From the NCBI GenBank assembly GCA_951406725.2, contig OX597842.1, positions 19,778,001 through 19,842,000 on the forward strand: a stretch of 64,000 nucleotides of DNA, written 5' to 3'. The stretch is from Octopus vulgaris (Eukaryota). Positions 12,785 through 26,083 of this stretch are shown piece after piece. The number at the start of each line of letters is the position of its first letter. The stretch's first letter is position 1. The notes under the pieces were generated by a model. The model was not told where the DNA came from. It did no database searches and was given only the letters and a program-made list of their open reading frames with translations. The translations under genes and the position numbers were made by a program.

Positions 12785-12937
12785 TTAAACCGAGGTCGAC
12801 TTTGCATTTCGTCCTTTCGGGGTCGATTAAATAAGTACCAGTTACGTACTGGTGTCGATATAATCGACTTAATCTGTCTGTCTGTCCTTGTTTGTCCCCT
12901 CTGTGTTTAGCCCCTGGTGGGTAGCAAAGAAATAGGT
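12785..12937 (+). mobile_element. SINE fragment with a Meta-domain-like core
   Basis: GAGGTCGACTTTGCATTTCGTCCTTTCGGGGTCGATTAAATAAGTACCAG. A related piece lies on the minus strand at about 14725-14800. The family assignment is from recall only. Confidence 0.55.
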
Positions 12938-13567
12938 ATATAGGATCCGGCAACGAAGTCGCAGAACGTTGAGGCAGTCAGAACTTTAGCCAAGGAAGCG
13001 AATGATGGCTTCGTAAGAAATTCTAGGTTTTACCATGAATGCTGATTTATATTTTTAAGATCAACGTAGTAAAGAATGCAGGAGATAAATGATTGATATT
13101 GTTAATTAGCAATCACGTCTATTAAATTAAATGTTGGCTAATTATCTGTTAAACGAACGAGACAAGTAATAATGTAGGCGAGGGTCCATCAACGGCAGGG
13201 AATGAAAAATATTGCGGGAAAACGTACAATGGGGAAGTAACTCTGCATTTAGAGAATTCTTTAATTCACACCTGGGGTTATTTCGAACTCAGTTAAAATA
13301 TCCGTTACACGTGGTAGTCCTGGGACTTTTTTTTTGGGGGGGGGTATTGCCCACAAGGGGCTAAATATAGAGGTTCGGATCTTTTCGGTTTGAACGGCAG
13401 TTTTTCCTAGCGGTGTCATATGAAATTGTCACCCACAATTATGAGCCTAGTATCGATGTAATGCATTTCACTTTTTTGTTAGGGTTAGGGTTAGGGGTGG
13501 GGGAAGGGTATCTTTTTTTTTCTTCAGAAATGTAAATAAACCCAATCTGTTTCTTAAACGAGGGACA

Positions 13568-13725
13568 TATGTATATATACATATACATATATATATACAT
13601 ATATACTGGGATAATTGCTTAGTATACATATATATATATACATGTACATACACACACACACACATATATATATATACACACATATATATATACACATATA
13701 TATACATGTACATATATATACTCAC

Positions 13726-13758
<33 letters not shown>

Positions 13759-13871
13759 TATATATATATATATACACACACATATATATATATACATGTA
13801 TATATATATACATATATATATATACACACATATATATATATATATATTTACATATACACATATATATATAC

Positions 13872-13932
<61 letters not shown>

Positions 13933-14256
13933 CGTACATATATGTATACATATATATATATACATATACTTATATATGTATACATATATGCATACATATA
14001 TATATATACATATATGTATACATATATATATATACATATACATATACTTACATATATATGTATACATATATATATATACATATATATATACATACATATA
14101 TATGTATACATATACATATATATATATATATATACATATACATACATATATATATACATACATATATATGTATACATATACATATATATATATATATATA
14201 CATATACATACATATATATATATACATACATATGTATACATACATATGTTTACAAG

Positions 14257-14308
<52 letters not shown>

Positions 14309-14337
14309 CATATATATGTATACATGTATATATATAC

Positions 14338-14378
<41 letters not shown>
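13568..14378. repeat. Compound (TA)n/(CA)n microsatellite, about 810 bp
   Basis: Directly visible. It produces the spurious YI/HI-rich ORFs. Confidence 0.99.
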
Positions 14379-14381
<3 letters not shown>

Positions 14382-14583
14382 CGTTTGCCAGCGTCGTGTG
14401 GCACGTAAAAAGCACCCACTACACTCATGGAGTGGTTGGCGTTAGGAAGGGCATCCAGCCATAGAAACAGTGCCAAATCAGACTGGGCCTGGTGCAGCCT
14501 TCTGGCTTCCCAGACCCCAGTTGCACCATCCAACCCATGCTAGCATGGAAAGCGGACGCTAAACGAAGATGATGATGATGATG
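14379..14583 (+). mobile_element. SINE family 3, 3' part (AGGAAGGGCATCC core, (GAT)n tail)
   Basis: GGTTGGCGTTAGGAAGGGCATCCAGC...GCATGGAAAGCGGACG...GATGATGATG. Other copies lie at about 19050-19300(-), 21577-21920(-), 24255-24318(+) and 53577-53728(+). Confidence 0.8.
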
Positions 14584-15148
14584 ATATATATATATATATA
14601 TATATATGTAATAAATGTATATCTGAACCACACTGTTCCAACATGGCCTGGCAGAGGTGTTCAGGTTTTTTACTTTTACCCAGGAGCAGATAGGTCAATT
14701 ACATCAGACACCATTGTTCAATTAGTAATTATTTCATTGATCCCCGAAAGATGGAAGGCAAAGTCGACCTTGGCAGGATATGAACCCAGAATGTAAAGAC
14801 AGATGAAATTCCGATATTTGATGAGATATCCGACCTCTGCGAATTTCTTAAGATCCCCCCACCCTCCACACAAACGCACGCAAACACATATTTTCTACAT
14901 TGTGGTTTTGAGACTTTTTTAATACTGATTAGAGATCAATAACTGTTTTATGTTGTCGAGTAAATCAGAATTTGTTGTCTGAAGACATAGAAATAAAATC
15001 GAACAAAATATTCAGCAAAAACAAAATCCTGGTGTCTGAAATCGAATGAGATATTTCTGTTTCTGAAAGTGAAAGTAATTCAGACAATAACTCAGTGACA
15101 AAGAAAACGAACTTGTATCTGACTGTAACAAATGTTTGAATACTGTTT

Positions 15149-16818
15149 AGGAGCGGCTGTGTGGTAAGTAGCTTGTTTACCAAACACATGGTTCCAGGTT
15201 CAGTCCCACTGCATGGCACCTTGGGCAAGTGTCTTATACTATAGCCTCGGGCCAACCAAAGCCTTGTGAGTGGATTTGGTAGAAGGAAACTGAAAGAAGC
15301 CCATCGTATGTATATATATATATAGGTGTAGGAGCGGCTGTGTGGTAAGTAGCTTGGTTACCAACCACATGGTTCCGGGTTCAGTCCCACTGCGTGGCAC
15401 CTTGGACAAATATCTTCTACTATAGCCTCGGGCCGACCAAATCCTTGTGAGTGGATTTGGTAGACGGAAACTGAAAGAAGCCCATCGTATGTATATATAT
15501 ATATAGGTGTAGGAGCGGCTGTGTGGTAAGTAGCTTGTTTACCAACCACATGGTTCCGGGTTCAGTCCCACTGCATGGCACCTTGGGCAAGTGTCTTCTA
15601 CTATAGCCTCGGGACGACCAAAGCCTTGTGAGTTGATTTGGTAGACGGAAACTGAAAGAAGCCCATCGTATGTATATATATATATAGGTGTAGGAGCGGC
15701 TGTGTGGTAAGTAGCTTGGTTACCAACCACATGGTTCCGGGTTCAGTCCCACTGCATGGCACCTTGGGCAAGTGTCTTCTACTATAGCCTCGGGACGACC
15801 AAAGCCTTGTGAGTGGATTTGGTAGACGGAAACTGAAAGAAGCCCATCGTATGTATATATATATATAGGTGTAGGAGCGGCTGTGTGGTAAGTAGCTTGG
15901 TTACCAACCACATGGTTCCGGGTTCAGTCCCACTGCATGGCACCTTGGGCAAGTGTCTTCTACTATAGCCTCGGGACGACCAAAGCCTTGTGAGTGGATT
16001 TGGTAGACGGAAACTGAAAGAAGCCCATCGTATGTATATATATATATATAGGTGTTGGAGCGGCTGTGTGGTAAGTAGCTTGTTTACCAACCACATGGTT
16101 CCGGGTTCAGTCCCACTGCATGGCACCTTGGGCAAGTGTCTTCTAGTATAGCCTCGGGACGACCAAAGCCTTGTGAGTGGATTTGGTAGACGGAAACTGA
16201 AAGAAGCCCATCGTATGTATATATATATATATATAGGTGTAGGAGTGGCTGTGTGGTAAGTAGCTTGGTTACCAACCACATGGTTCCGGGTTCAGTCCCA
16301 CTGCATGGCTCCTTGGGCAAGTGTCTTCTACTATAGCCTCGGGACGACCAAAGCCTTGTGAGTGGATTTGGTAGACGGAAACTGAAAGAAGCCCATCGTA
16401 TGTATATATATATATATAGGTGTAGGAGCGGCTGTGTGGTAAGTAGCTTGGTTACCAACCACATGGTTCCGGGTTCAGTCCCACTGCATGGCACCTTGGG
16501 CAAGTGTCTTATACTATAGCCTCGGGACGACCAAAGCCTTGTGTGTGCATTTGGTAGACGGAAACTGAAAGAAGCCTGTTGTATATATGTATATATATAT
16601 ATATGTATGTGTGTGTTTGTGTTTATCCCCCTAGCATTGCTTGACAACCGATGCTGGTGTGTTTATGTCCCCGTGACTTAGCGGTTCGGTAAAAGAGACC
16701 GATAGAATAAGTACTGGGCTTACAAAGAATAAGTCCCAGGGTCGAGTTGCTCGATTAAAGGCAGTGCTCCAGCATGGCCGCAGTCAAATGACTGAAACAA
16801 GTAAAAAGAGAAAAGAGA
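15149..16818 (+). repeat. Tandem array of 8 SINE family-1 heads (about 181-185 bp) ending in one full SINE
   Basis: Heads start at about 15149, 15330, 15511, 15692, 15873, 16056, 16241 and 16424, each ending in a (TA)n run. Only the last has the 3' tail. Confidence 0.95.
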
Positions 16819-19800
16819 TTGGACCTAGTCACAGCGATTTCCAGGAGACAAAACCATTTGACCTTCTTTTATTTTTTCCCTCCTAGTTTGTTGGAAGCGA
16901 TTACTGTGCAGAACCATTGCTACACAGAATATAAGCAATGTGGTAGAAAGGGCCATTTCTGACCTCCCACATGCTTAGATGAAATCTGAGCATTTTCTGC
17001 TATAAATATAATAATGAGAATAAGCAAGTTACCCAGAATAGCAAACGATTGGAGCAGCAAAGAAGCTTTTGGAGACCTGCATGTTTCCAGTATCAAGATA
17101 GAGACAGGATTTTTAAAACTGTCACAATACCTACACTGAAGACACTAGTAGTGGGCCAGTAGGTGGAGAACCAAACTGGTCCCTTATTTAAAATAAGACC
17201 TTCATCATAATGCTTATAAATGAGTCTCTAACCATAAGATACTTTTATCTTGTTTCACTTTCATTTTCAAAGAGTACTCATTTGTTTTTGTTTATATGTT
17301 AATATAATAGTTTTAGCCATTATTTTCTATACTTTTTATGTGTTCTTAAGCAATACTATTACCAAAAACCATATTCTGATATTCCCTCATAAATGCCTAT
17401 CCATCTATGAGGGTAGGGTGAGGTACAAAGGCAGAGTATGTTTCCCACAGTACATGCTTGGCAAAATAGCAAATGGGGGATCAAAGTTTGCAAGATCTGT
17501 GAAGTCAATGCTGTATACTGCTGTGGGTTCAAATTCTAAAGAGGGAAAAGGGGACACTACTGTAAGCTAAATGGCCCTTAAAACATGCACCAATTTTGTT
17601 TCTTTACTTGTATAATCACAATCGTACGATTATGCAAAAAGAAATATTCCTAAAAATATAGAAGTTACGAGAAGTTATATGCTGAGCTTAAAGCAAACTT
17701 TTGCCATATTTTCTCTGCAAAACTACTTAAAAATGTCTTCCAATGGCTTTATGATAAAATATTAACCCACTGGTGGGGTAGTTCTGTATTTTTTCATGAT
17801 TAATGCAGTGGGGTATGGAGAACCCCATTAATAGTTTTAGCCATTTTTTTTAGTACTTTTTATGACTTTAGATGTGTTCCTAAGCAATAATATTACCAAA
17901 AACTGTATTCTAGAAGCAATGTTATAAATCCTAATTCATTCCCAGAAAAATATTTTACCTCTAAAATTTATAAAACTTGTAAATAAATGACATCACAGTG
18001 TCTCTTAGGAGATGGTGTTAGTTGAAGGCTACAAAACCTGCCACACACACACACACAGACAACTTCAGCTTTATATAAATAGATATATCATGCAATGCCA
18101 CTCCCTGTAAGAAGCATTTGTGCCAGTTCATGTAAAAAGCACACATGCTGATCCATGTGGTTATTCAACTTACTCCTTCCCCTGAGATTGCTGGCCTTGT
18201 GCCAAAATAATGTCAAACACAATAATGCCTTGATATATGAGTTAATTTCTTACTGGAGATTGCTCCTAAAGTGAAAACTCATAAAGCAAAGCAATAATTT
18301 CCCATAGAAGCAATGTTATAAATTGTAATTCATTCCCAGAAAAATATTTTACCAATAAAATTAATAATACTTGTAAATAAATGACAATAAAACAACAGTA
18401 GAATGTAAAGAATATTTTATGTAAAGTCAAGAACAATGTCAAGATTATTTAGAATAGACAAAATATTATTATTATAATTGTTTTCTGAATCGCTTTGAAA
18501 AGACTCAGGGACACCATCATTTGTAGACGTGACCACTGATTCACAAGCAAAGAAACTTGCAAAGTTCTCTGCAAAACTATTTAAAAATGTCTTCCAATGG
18601 CTTTATGATGAACCATCTTAACCCACTGGTGGGGTAGTTCTGTATTTTTTATCATTGGTGTGGTTGGGGTATGGAGAACCCCATTAATAGTTTTAGCTTG
18701 TTTTTAGTATTTTCTATGATTTTGATGTGTTCCTAAGCAATAATATTACCAAAAACCATATTCCGATATAATGTGTTTAACATGTAAACAAAAACAAGCG
18801 AGTACTCTTTGAAAATGAAAGTGAAACTAGATAAAAGTATCTTACGGAGGGGAGAGTGGTCCTTTCATATTCACTGTTTACTCATTGTTTGCACTCTCAT
18901 CCTCATCACTCTGAGCAAAGAAGTCGATGCAGATGTGCATCGCATGTTGCAAGCAGATTGGCTTGGAGAACTCTTGGAAGAAATTTCTTGTTTTGTGATC
19001 TTTTGACCTGGGGCATAATGACCATCTTTGTATGAAATCTTCATGATAACATCATCATCATCGTCGTTTAACGTCCGCTTTCCATGCTAGCATGGGTTGG
19101 ACGGTTCAACTGGGGTCTGGGAAGCCAGAAGGCTGCGCCAGAAGGCTGTGCCAGGCCCAGTCTGATCTGGCAGTGTTTCTATGGCTGGATGCCCTTCCTA
19201 ACGACAACCACTCCATGAGTGTAGTGGGTGCTTTTTACGTGTCACCGGCACAGGTGCCAGGGGAGGCTGGTAACGGCCACGATCGGATGGTGCTTTTTAC
19301 ATGTCATCTTGGAGGTAATTCTTTAGATGCTGAGAAATGTCGAATCTTATTTTCCATGTCTTTCCTCAAATATGGATGGGTTTTGTCTTGCAATGATGAA
19401 TTTGGTCCTCCACCAACTTCAGTCCCGATTCCCTCAGAAACTTTCAGACCCTGATAGCTGTTTGAGGGTTTGCCATGAACATATTATATGCATTTATTCC
19501 TGCAACATTGAGTATGGTGAAGAAAACTGTAACTGGCCAACATCGAGTATTTCTGGAAACATCGTACATGGAACACAATTGATCCACCACGGGGCCTACC
19601 CCTCCTTTAGTAATGTTGTAGAAGGTTCTAATCTCTGGTTTTCTTTTTTCTTTTGTACTTACATCAATTGCAGCATCATGATGCATTGTACTCCATAGGA
19701 CGACATTTTTACCTTTCGTGGGAACATATGGGGTCAGTGTAACATCCTTCTGGAAACCAAACAAGCTTGTATATTCAGTTCTGCCTCTTGTGGCAACAAA

Positions 19801-19966
19801 CTGAGGGGGAAGTTCTATCTTGTTCTTTCTGAAAGGGTCAACAAATGTTAATCTATATTTCTCCAAGAGATTAACTCTAAATCCATAACTTGTAAACCAA
19901 TTATCCATGGTAATATTTCTTCCAGTCCCTTTTATATGAGACCCCAACCATTTTACCACTGCTGCT

Positions 19967-20334
19967 GTTGCTGTTGAGTGTAGCGATCTTCGTCCTTGTG
20001 GGAGAAGTCCGAAACGTGGTCCTTTGCTATTCGTAAGACCCGCAGGAGAGAAAGCAGGTCAACCCCCGACACTGAGAGCATCGACGGATGGATGAATGCG
20101 CATCCAGGCTCAGTGGTTGCGTAGGAAGTCGGGGACAAGAAACAGGAAGAAAGAGTGAGAGAAAGTTGGGGCGAAAGAGTACAACAGGGGTCGCCACTAC
20201 CCCTTGCTGGAGCCTCATGGAGCTTTAGGTGTTTTTCGCTCAATAAACACATACAACGCCTGGTCTGGAAATCAAAACCGCGATCCTCTGACCACGAGTC
20301 CGCTGCCCTGACCATTGGGCCATTGCGCCTGCAC
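19967..20334 (-). mobile_element. SINE family-2 variant inserted in piggyBac
   Basis: tRNA-like head at the right end. 13-bp TSD TACCACTGCTGCT at 19954-19966 and 20335-20347. Confidence 0.9.
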
Positions 20335-20794
20335 TACCACTGCTGCTCCTGAATTACCTATAGAAGGGCCTTCTGCTTGTTTCCCCAAGTAGACCTCCAT
20401 ATATGATGCATAGAAAGTTTTAGCATCGGCCAAAAGAAAAAATTTTTATGCCATATTTTGCTGGTTTAAAATGGATAGTTCTCTGTAAAGGCAGCCAACA
20501 TTTCATCTACTGTCGCATACACTAAGACATTATAATTCAAGATACACTTAGCCATAAATTTCTCAAAGGACTTTCTAAAAGGTGCAATCTTATCCTCTCG
20601 CCTCCTTTCAGCTCAGGTGTGGATGTCATCAAACCTCAGAGACCCCAGCGAGAAATGAAACCTCTGCAAAGATATAGTTGCTGGAAAAATTTTAATTCCT
20701 GTACCATCCGTTGCCCAAACATCTTCCATATTCGTTCGGTTGCCTGTAAAACTCCCAACAGATAAAGAAGTCCTATTGTAGCTTTCATCTCCCT

Positions 20795-21352
20795 TTCATT
20801 ACTCTTTTACTTGTTTCAGTCATTTGACTGCGGCCATGCTGGAGCACCGCCTTTTAGTCGAGCAAATCGACCCCCAAGACTTATTCTTTGTAAGCCTCGT
20901 ACTTATTCTATCGGTCTCTTTTGCCGAACCGCTAAGTTACGAGGACGTAATCACACCAGCATCGGTTGTCAAGTGATGTTGGGGGCACAAACACACACGT
21001 TTATATACATATATACGACGGGCTTCTTTCAGTTTCCGTCTACCAAATCCACTCACAAGGCTTTGGTTGGCCCGAGGCTATAGTAGAAGACACTTGCCCG
21101 AGATGCTACGCAGCGGGACTGAACCCAGAACTATGTGGTTGGTAAGCAAGCTACTTACCACACAGCCATTCCTACGCCTACATATATACGACGGGCTTCT
21201 TTCAGTTTCCGTCTACCAAATCCACTCACAAGGCTTTGGTTGGCCCGAGGCTATAGTAGAAGACACTTGCCAAAGATGCCACGCAGTGGGACTGAACCCA
21301 GAACCATGTGGTTGGTAAGCAAGCTACTTACCACACAGCCACTCCTACGCCT
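20795..21352 (-). mobile_element. SINE family 1 with duplicated head, inserted in piggyBac
   Basis: Family-1 consensus with the head repeated twice. Confidence 0.9.
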
Positions 21353-22599
21353 AAGTGTCTCTTTTCACCTATCTTCATATTTTCGTTGTTTATTTTCAAT
21401 GTAGATATTACTGCAAGCTTCGAATTCATTCAGAAGTTCTTGTCTGAGAAACAAAGACCTTTACAGCAGACACAGGTTTTGCTGCTCCTCTTGGGTCCTG
21501 GGGAATCCTGGTAATTGTTCTATGCACGTGTATGCCGTGGAAGGCATGGGGGAATTCCTTTCCAGAAAGTTCCATTATCATCATCATCATCGTTTAACGT
21601 CTGTTTTCCATGCTAGCATGGGTTGGACGGTTCAACTGTGGTCTGGGAAGCCAGGAGGCTGCACCAGGCTCCAGTCTGATCTGGCAGTGTTTCTACAGCT
21701 GGATGCCCTTCCTAATGCCAACCACTCCGTGAGTGTAGTAGGTGCTTTTAATGTGTCACCGGCACAGAAGCCAGTCAAGGCAGCGCTAGCAACGGCCACG
21801 ATCGGATGGTGCTTTTTACATGCCACCGCCACGGAGGCCAGTCAGGGCGGCGCTGGCTACGGTCACGTTCGGATGGTTCCCTTACATGCCACCGGCACTG
21901 GTATCACAGCTACAAATTCCATTGATGTTAATTGATTGCGATTTTGATTTTGATTTGCCTAAAAAATGTTTTTCTCTGTTCCTGGTAGTCTGCTGTTCAT
22001 CTTCATCATCAGCTTCTTCCCTTCCTTCTAAAGAATCATCTGGTGAAGTCTGCAACATGCCATCTGCTTCAGTTCGTCCCTCATCATCTCTTATTTCTTC
22101 CTCAGCTTTACTCTCTTCTTTTGGAAGCAATTTCTTGTCTTACGATCTTTTGACCTGGGGCACAACGAGCATCTTTTTATGGAATCTTCATGATAACATC
22201 TTGGAGGTACCAGGTTCAATTCTCTTCAGATTCCTCTTCATTTGGTTCTTTGTCAAGAAATGATTCTCATTCTTCTATGTCTAATTCAACTCTTCAAGTT
22301 TTCTACTATATGGCTCAGAAACCTGGACGTTATCAAAGAAGCTGGAGAGGCAATTGGATGGAACTTCATCATCTGAATAAGATTTTCTAACTATAAAGGG
22401 TATGGCCTGGTCAGCCTGTAATGATATGCATAAGATCTGGTCATCAAATCTAAGTAGAGACTTCAAACTTCAAAGCCACAGTCAAACCAATTCTACTATA
22501 TGGCTCAGAAACCTGGAAGTTATCAAAGAAGCTTGAGAGGTGGTTGGATGGAACCTACACTCGCCTCCTTATGAGAGCTCAAAATCTCAAGTGGAAGCA

Positions 22600-22898
22600 C
22601 CAACAAACCAAAGTACAAATATATGGGAAACTACCACCTGTATAATCTCTTGTAAAAGGTAGAAGAGTCCAGTTTGCTGGACATTGTTGTAGAGCTGAAA
22701 AAGAGGTAATTTCTACTCTTCTCTGGAAGCCATCTACTCGCAATACCAGAGGGTGCACACTATCCTACCCTGATGTAATCTCCAGGGATACAGGCATCCA
22801 GCAACAGGACCTCCGTAATGCTATGATGGACCGTGAAGTCTGGCGTAGCATGGTAAATTCCATTGTCTTGACCACGGTCAAACAATGATGATGATGAT
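22600..22898 (+). mobile_element. RTE-like LINE 3' end with (GAT)n tail (piece triplicated at about 48107-48499)
   Basis: Translates as ...SYPDVISRDTGIQQQDLRNAMMDREVWRSMVNSIV..., followed by the tail ATGATGATGATG. Confidence 0.7.
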
Positions 22899-24354
22899 GT
22901 CTAATTCTCTCCCAATTTTGCCATTTGTCTGTCGTAGTTCACTGTGAACCTGAAAGGAAAGATTTCTCAACTTTTATGGCATTCACAACCATCCAATAAC
23001 ACAAAAAAACGTTGGACACTTGACAATAATTTATAATTTTATGCAAGAAATAATCAGCGTTTCAGATATAAAAATAAATAAACAATTATACAGAAAAGGA
23101 AATAAAATCGCCAAAGGTCCTTGACTTGCTTAAAGAAAACAACTTCCAGGCCAGATTCCCGAAGCAGTAGGAATTGTGGGGCCAGTGTATTACTGTGAAA
23201 GGTGAGTATTTCACAGGAGATGTTGTTAAAACTTTGGTAAATTAGTAATTTTTATGAAACATAGCTTGTCCGAGAACTTTTTGATACCATCTCGTATTTT
23301 TCTTGCAAATTCTGTAAAGAGTTTTTATTTTTTTTAATAAATAAATATTTTGATTTTGTTTGCTTATTTTTCTGTTGTTTTTATCTTATATAACATGTCT
23401 TTACATGATACACGTATAATACAATACCACATTAAAATACAAATCCTAAACCAAAAGAAACACAAACAGGAGGTGCAGCAAGTACCCTTATAGGGATCAC
23501 CGAATGCATTCTGTAAGGCAAGGCGCCAACAATGGTAAGAACTTCACTGTGGCAAATGTCACAGGTGGAAGAAATGGGTCACACTTCATTTCCTATTCTT
23601 AAGGATTTTGTTCTCGTTGGCTACGGAAGCAGTGACCCTTTGATTATAATTGAAGATATTTATGCTAAAGCAATGGGTATACATATGCAAATGTACCCCA
23701 CCGACTTTGTTTCTTCATAACTTCTGGAAAAAATGGGTATTTTTAAATGAAAATTTTGAGAAATACCTTTAAGAAAGTGTAGATTGCAATTATATTGGAA
23801 TAGCACACGTTGGTGGGACACCACACACACACATACACATCACATTCTTTTGCATTCTAAGATTCAGTCAAAATTTTCAAATTTGGAATATTCATGTAAT
23901 TTTCCAAGCTGAATCTGCTACCACTCACTTTTTCTGGAAAGAATATTTTAAAAAGTGGACCTTTTCTGTTTGTGTTTTTCCCTTCAGCTCCTTCGGTTTC
24001 AAATTTATTGATTTCGAGTTTAGTGTATTGATGTAGTTTTGTCTGTTAATTATATAAATGAAATTAGTTGTTGTCCTAAGTTGATAAATACACAGTTAAT
24101 AGCTTTTAAGATTTTTAAACTCCCAGTAAAAGACGGAGCAGAGTTTTGGAAAAAATATTGCTAAAATATGGATATAATTTATTTAAAAAACCAACTATTC
24201 CAATGCAATCAGTGAATGTCTTATTCTGATAAACAGAATTATTTCTTCTTTCCAGACCTCAGTTGAACCGTCCAACCCATGCTAGCATGGAAAGCAGACA
24301 ATGATGATGATGATGATGAAAAGAACACAAATTGTAGCGTTCTTATACTAATGT

Positions 24355-24479
24355 TTATTTCTTAAAATATTTGTAGCCGAACAAAGCGAGTCCAACAAGG
24401 AGTCCAGCAAGGAAGAGTGAGCCAAAAATGATTCCGACAATCTCGAGTGTAGTTAGTCCATGAGGTTTAGGTTTCGGAT
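24355..24479 (-). CDS. Gene A terminal exon: stalk, transmembrane helix and short tail
   Basis: Acceptor tttattgtttgtcaattgcag. In phase 1 it translates (N)PKPKPHGLTTLEIVGIIFGSLFLAGLLVGLALFGYKYFKK*, in frame with the upstream Ig-like exon. Confidence 0.85.
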
Positions 24480-24667
24480 CTGCAATTGACAAACAATAAA
24501 ATATATACCTTTTGTTTTTTAATAAAAAAGCTTGACCATTTTCATACTAAACTATTAAAAAATACTTCCATTTCTGTTATACAAATTCCATTTCAAAGTG
24601 ATCTAAAGGAAAAGTCCCCATCAAAATTTCCAGTAACACTATGTTGCACACATGAGCTTGGTTATAT

Positions 24668-25205
24668 AAAGCCTTGTGAGTGGATTTGGTAGACGGAAAC
24701 TGAAAGAAGCCCGTCGTATATATGTGTGTGTTTGTGTGTCTGTTTGTCCCCCTAGCATTGCTTGACAACCGATGCTGGTTTGTCTACATTCCCGTTACTT
24801 AGCGGTTCAGCAAGAGAACCAATTTGGTAGATGGAAACTGAAAGAAGCCCGTCGTATATATGTGTGTGTTTGTGTGTCTGTTTGTCCCCCTAGCATTAAT
24901 TGACAACCGATGCTGGGGTGTCTACGTCCCCGTTACTTAGCGGTTCAGCAAGAGAACCAATTTGGTAGATGGAAACTGAAAGAAGCCCGTGCGTATATAT
25001 GTGTGTGTTTGTGTGTCTGTTTGTCCTCCAAACATCGCTTGACAACCGTTGCTGGTTTGTCTACATCCCCGTTACTTAGTGGTTCGGCAAAAGAGAACTC
25101 ATAGAATAAGTACAAAGAATAAATCCTGGGGTTGATTTGCTCGACTAAAGGCGGTGCTCCAGCATGGCCACAGTCAAATGACTGAAACAAGTAAAAAGAG
25201 AAAGA
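24668..25205 (+). mobile_element. SINE family-1 3' part with internal triplication (paralogous copies at about 50712-51010, 57170-57568 and 62449-62845)
   Basis: Family-1 body and tail; an approximately 137-bp segment is repeated. Confidence 0.85.
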
Positions 25206-25834
25206 TAATATAACCTCCACACACACACACCTTGGTATTGACCCCCTCATCCTTTGCCCTTGTGGCAAATAAAAGAAACCCTTATATACAACTATCAACT
25301 GAGTCCATTGTGAAGATGGCCCCTCTACTTTCCTTCAACCAGGAAGGGCAACCAGTTTTTATCTGCTCGGGGCCCATGGCAAAAGGGATCATATAGTGGA
25401 CATGTCTGAAAGGGCTGAAGACCAGCAACTGCCATTTTGTCAAAACCCTAATAAACTTTATCAGGTTTCACTTGAAGAGGAAAATCAGGGTGGAGAGGTA
25501 AGTGCTGGCTTCCAAGCAGTTTGTTGAAAGGTGGGTGAGAGAGGTGAGCATTACCTGAGTGAATGGGCCTTCTCTTAGAGTGTACCTGTATATTGGAGAG
25601 GAAAGACTGGGAGAGGGTATCCACCCTGGTGGTCAGGGAGACCTTGGATTTACTGGGCTTTCGTAACGCGTAGCCCTTGACAGTCCCCCCACTATCAGGG
25701 ATCTTACTTTGAATTTCTTTTATTCTTTGTATGACTATTTACATGCTAAAACCCACACTGGACCCTCCCGAATGTTTTGCTTTGTGTTAGCCCTCTGTGG
25801 TCAATAAAGAAATTATTATAAATCATTTCCTTAC

Positions 25835-26083
25835 TCTTTATCTCCAAATCAATGTCTGCAGCATTAAGGTTGTCATCATCAAATTTCCAAGTCAAACATT
25901 CCTTAGTTACGTTTCTGATCCAAAGCGTGGAGGTATCTTCTAAATGAGTCACTTTATACTGAGAGCTATTAACGCATGTCCTGTCACATTCATATTTATA
26001 ATTGTGGCACTTCCAAACCACCGGTCGTTTCATATCAGATATTGTTATCGAAAGGGTGAGGTTTCCATTGAGCACAGCAGGTC
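25835..26083 (-). CDS. Gene A Ig-like exon A2 (249 bp, phase 1-1)
   Basis: Acceptor gatttctttatttcag, donor gtaagg. Open frame (x)PAVLNGNLTLSITISDMKRPVVWKCHNYKYECDRTCVNSSQYKVTHLEDTSTLWIRNVTKECLTWKFDDDNLNAADIDLEIK. Confidence 0.88.

Larger units (their letters stand above)
19444..22950 (-). mobile_element. Fossil piggyBac transposase gene interrupted by SINEs and an RTE tail
   Basis: Fragments read LRFDD, TVDEML..F, KPAKYGIK, GTGRNITMDNWFTS, FYN.TKGGV and RCWPVTVFF, with an acidic N-terminus at about 21960-22280. There are many stops and frameshifts. A related N-terminal fragment lies at about 18870-19050. Confidence 0.9.

Noticed and set aside
13468-14533. Long Y/I/H-rich ORFs in all frames
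   Set aside because: They are translations of a TA/CA microsatellite.
15149-16818. Regular array resembling CRISPR or a tRNA gene cluster
   Set aside because: There are no unique spacers and no cas genes, and the context is eukaryotic. The units are SINE heads running into SINE body sequence, not complete tRNA cloverleaves.
19444-19959. 171-aa piggyBac ORF as a domesticated PGBD gene
   Set aside because: The surrounding transposase has stops, frameshifts and several SINE insertions.
23532-23720. 62-aa ORF conserved at 49530-49718
   Set aside because: The identity is explained by the recent segmental duplication, and it has no coding features.
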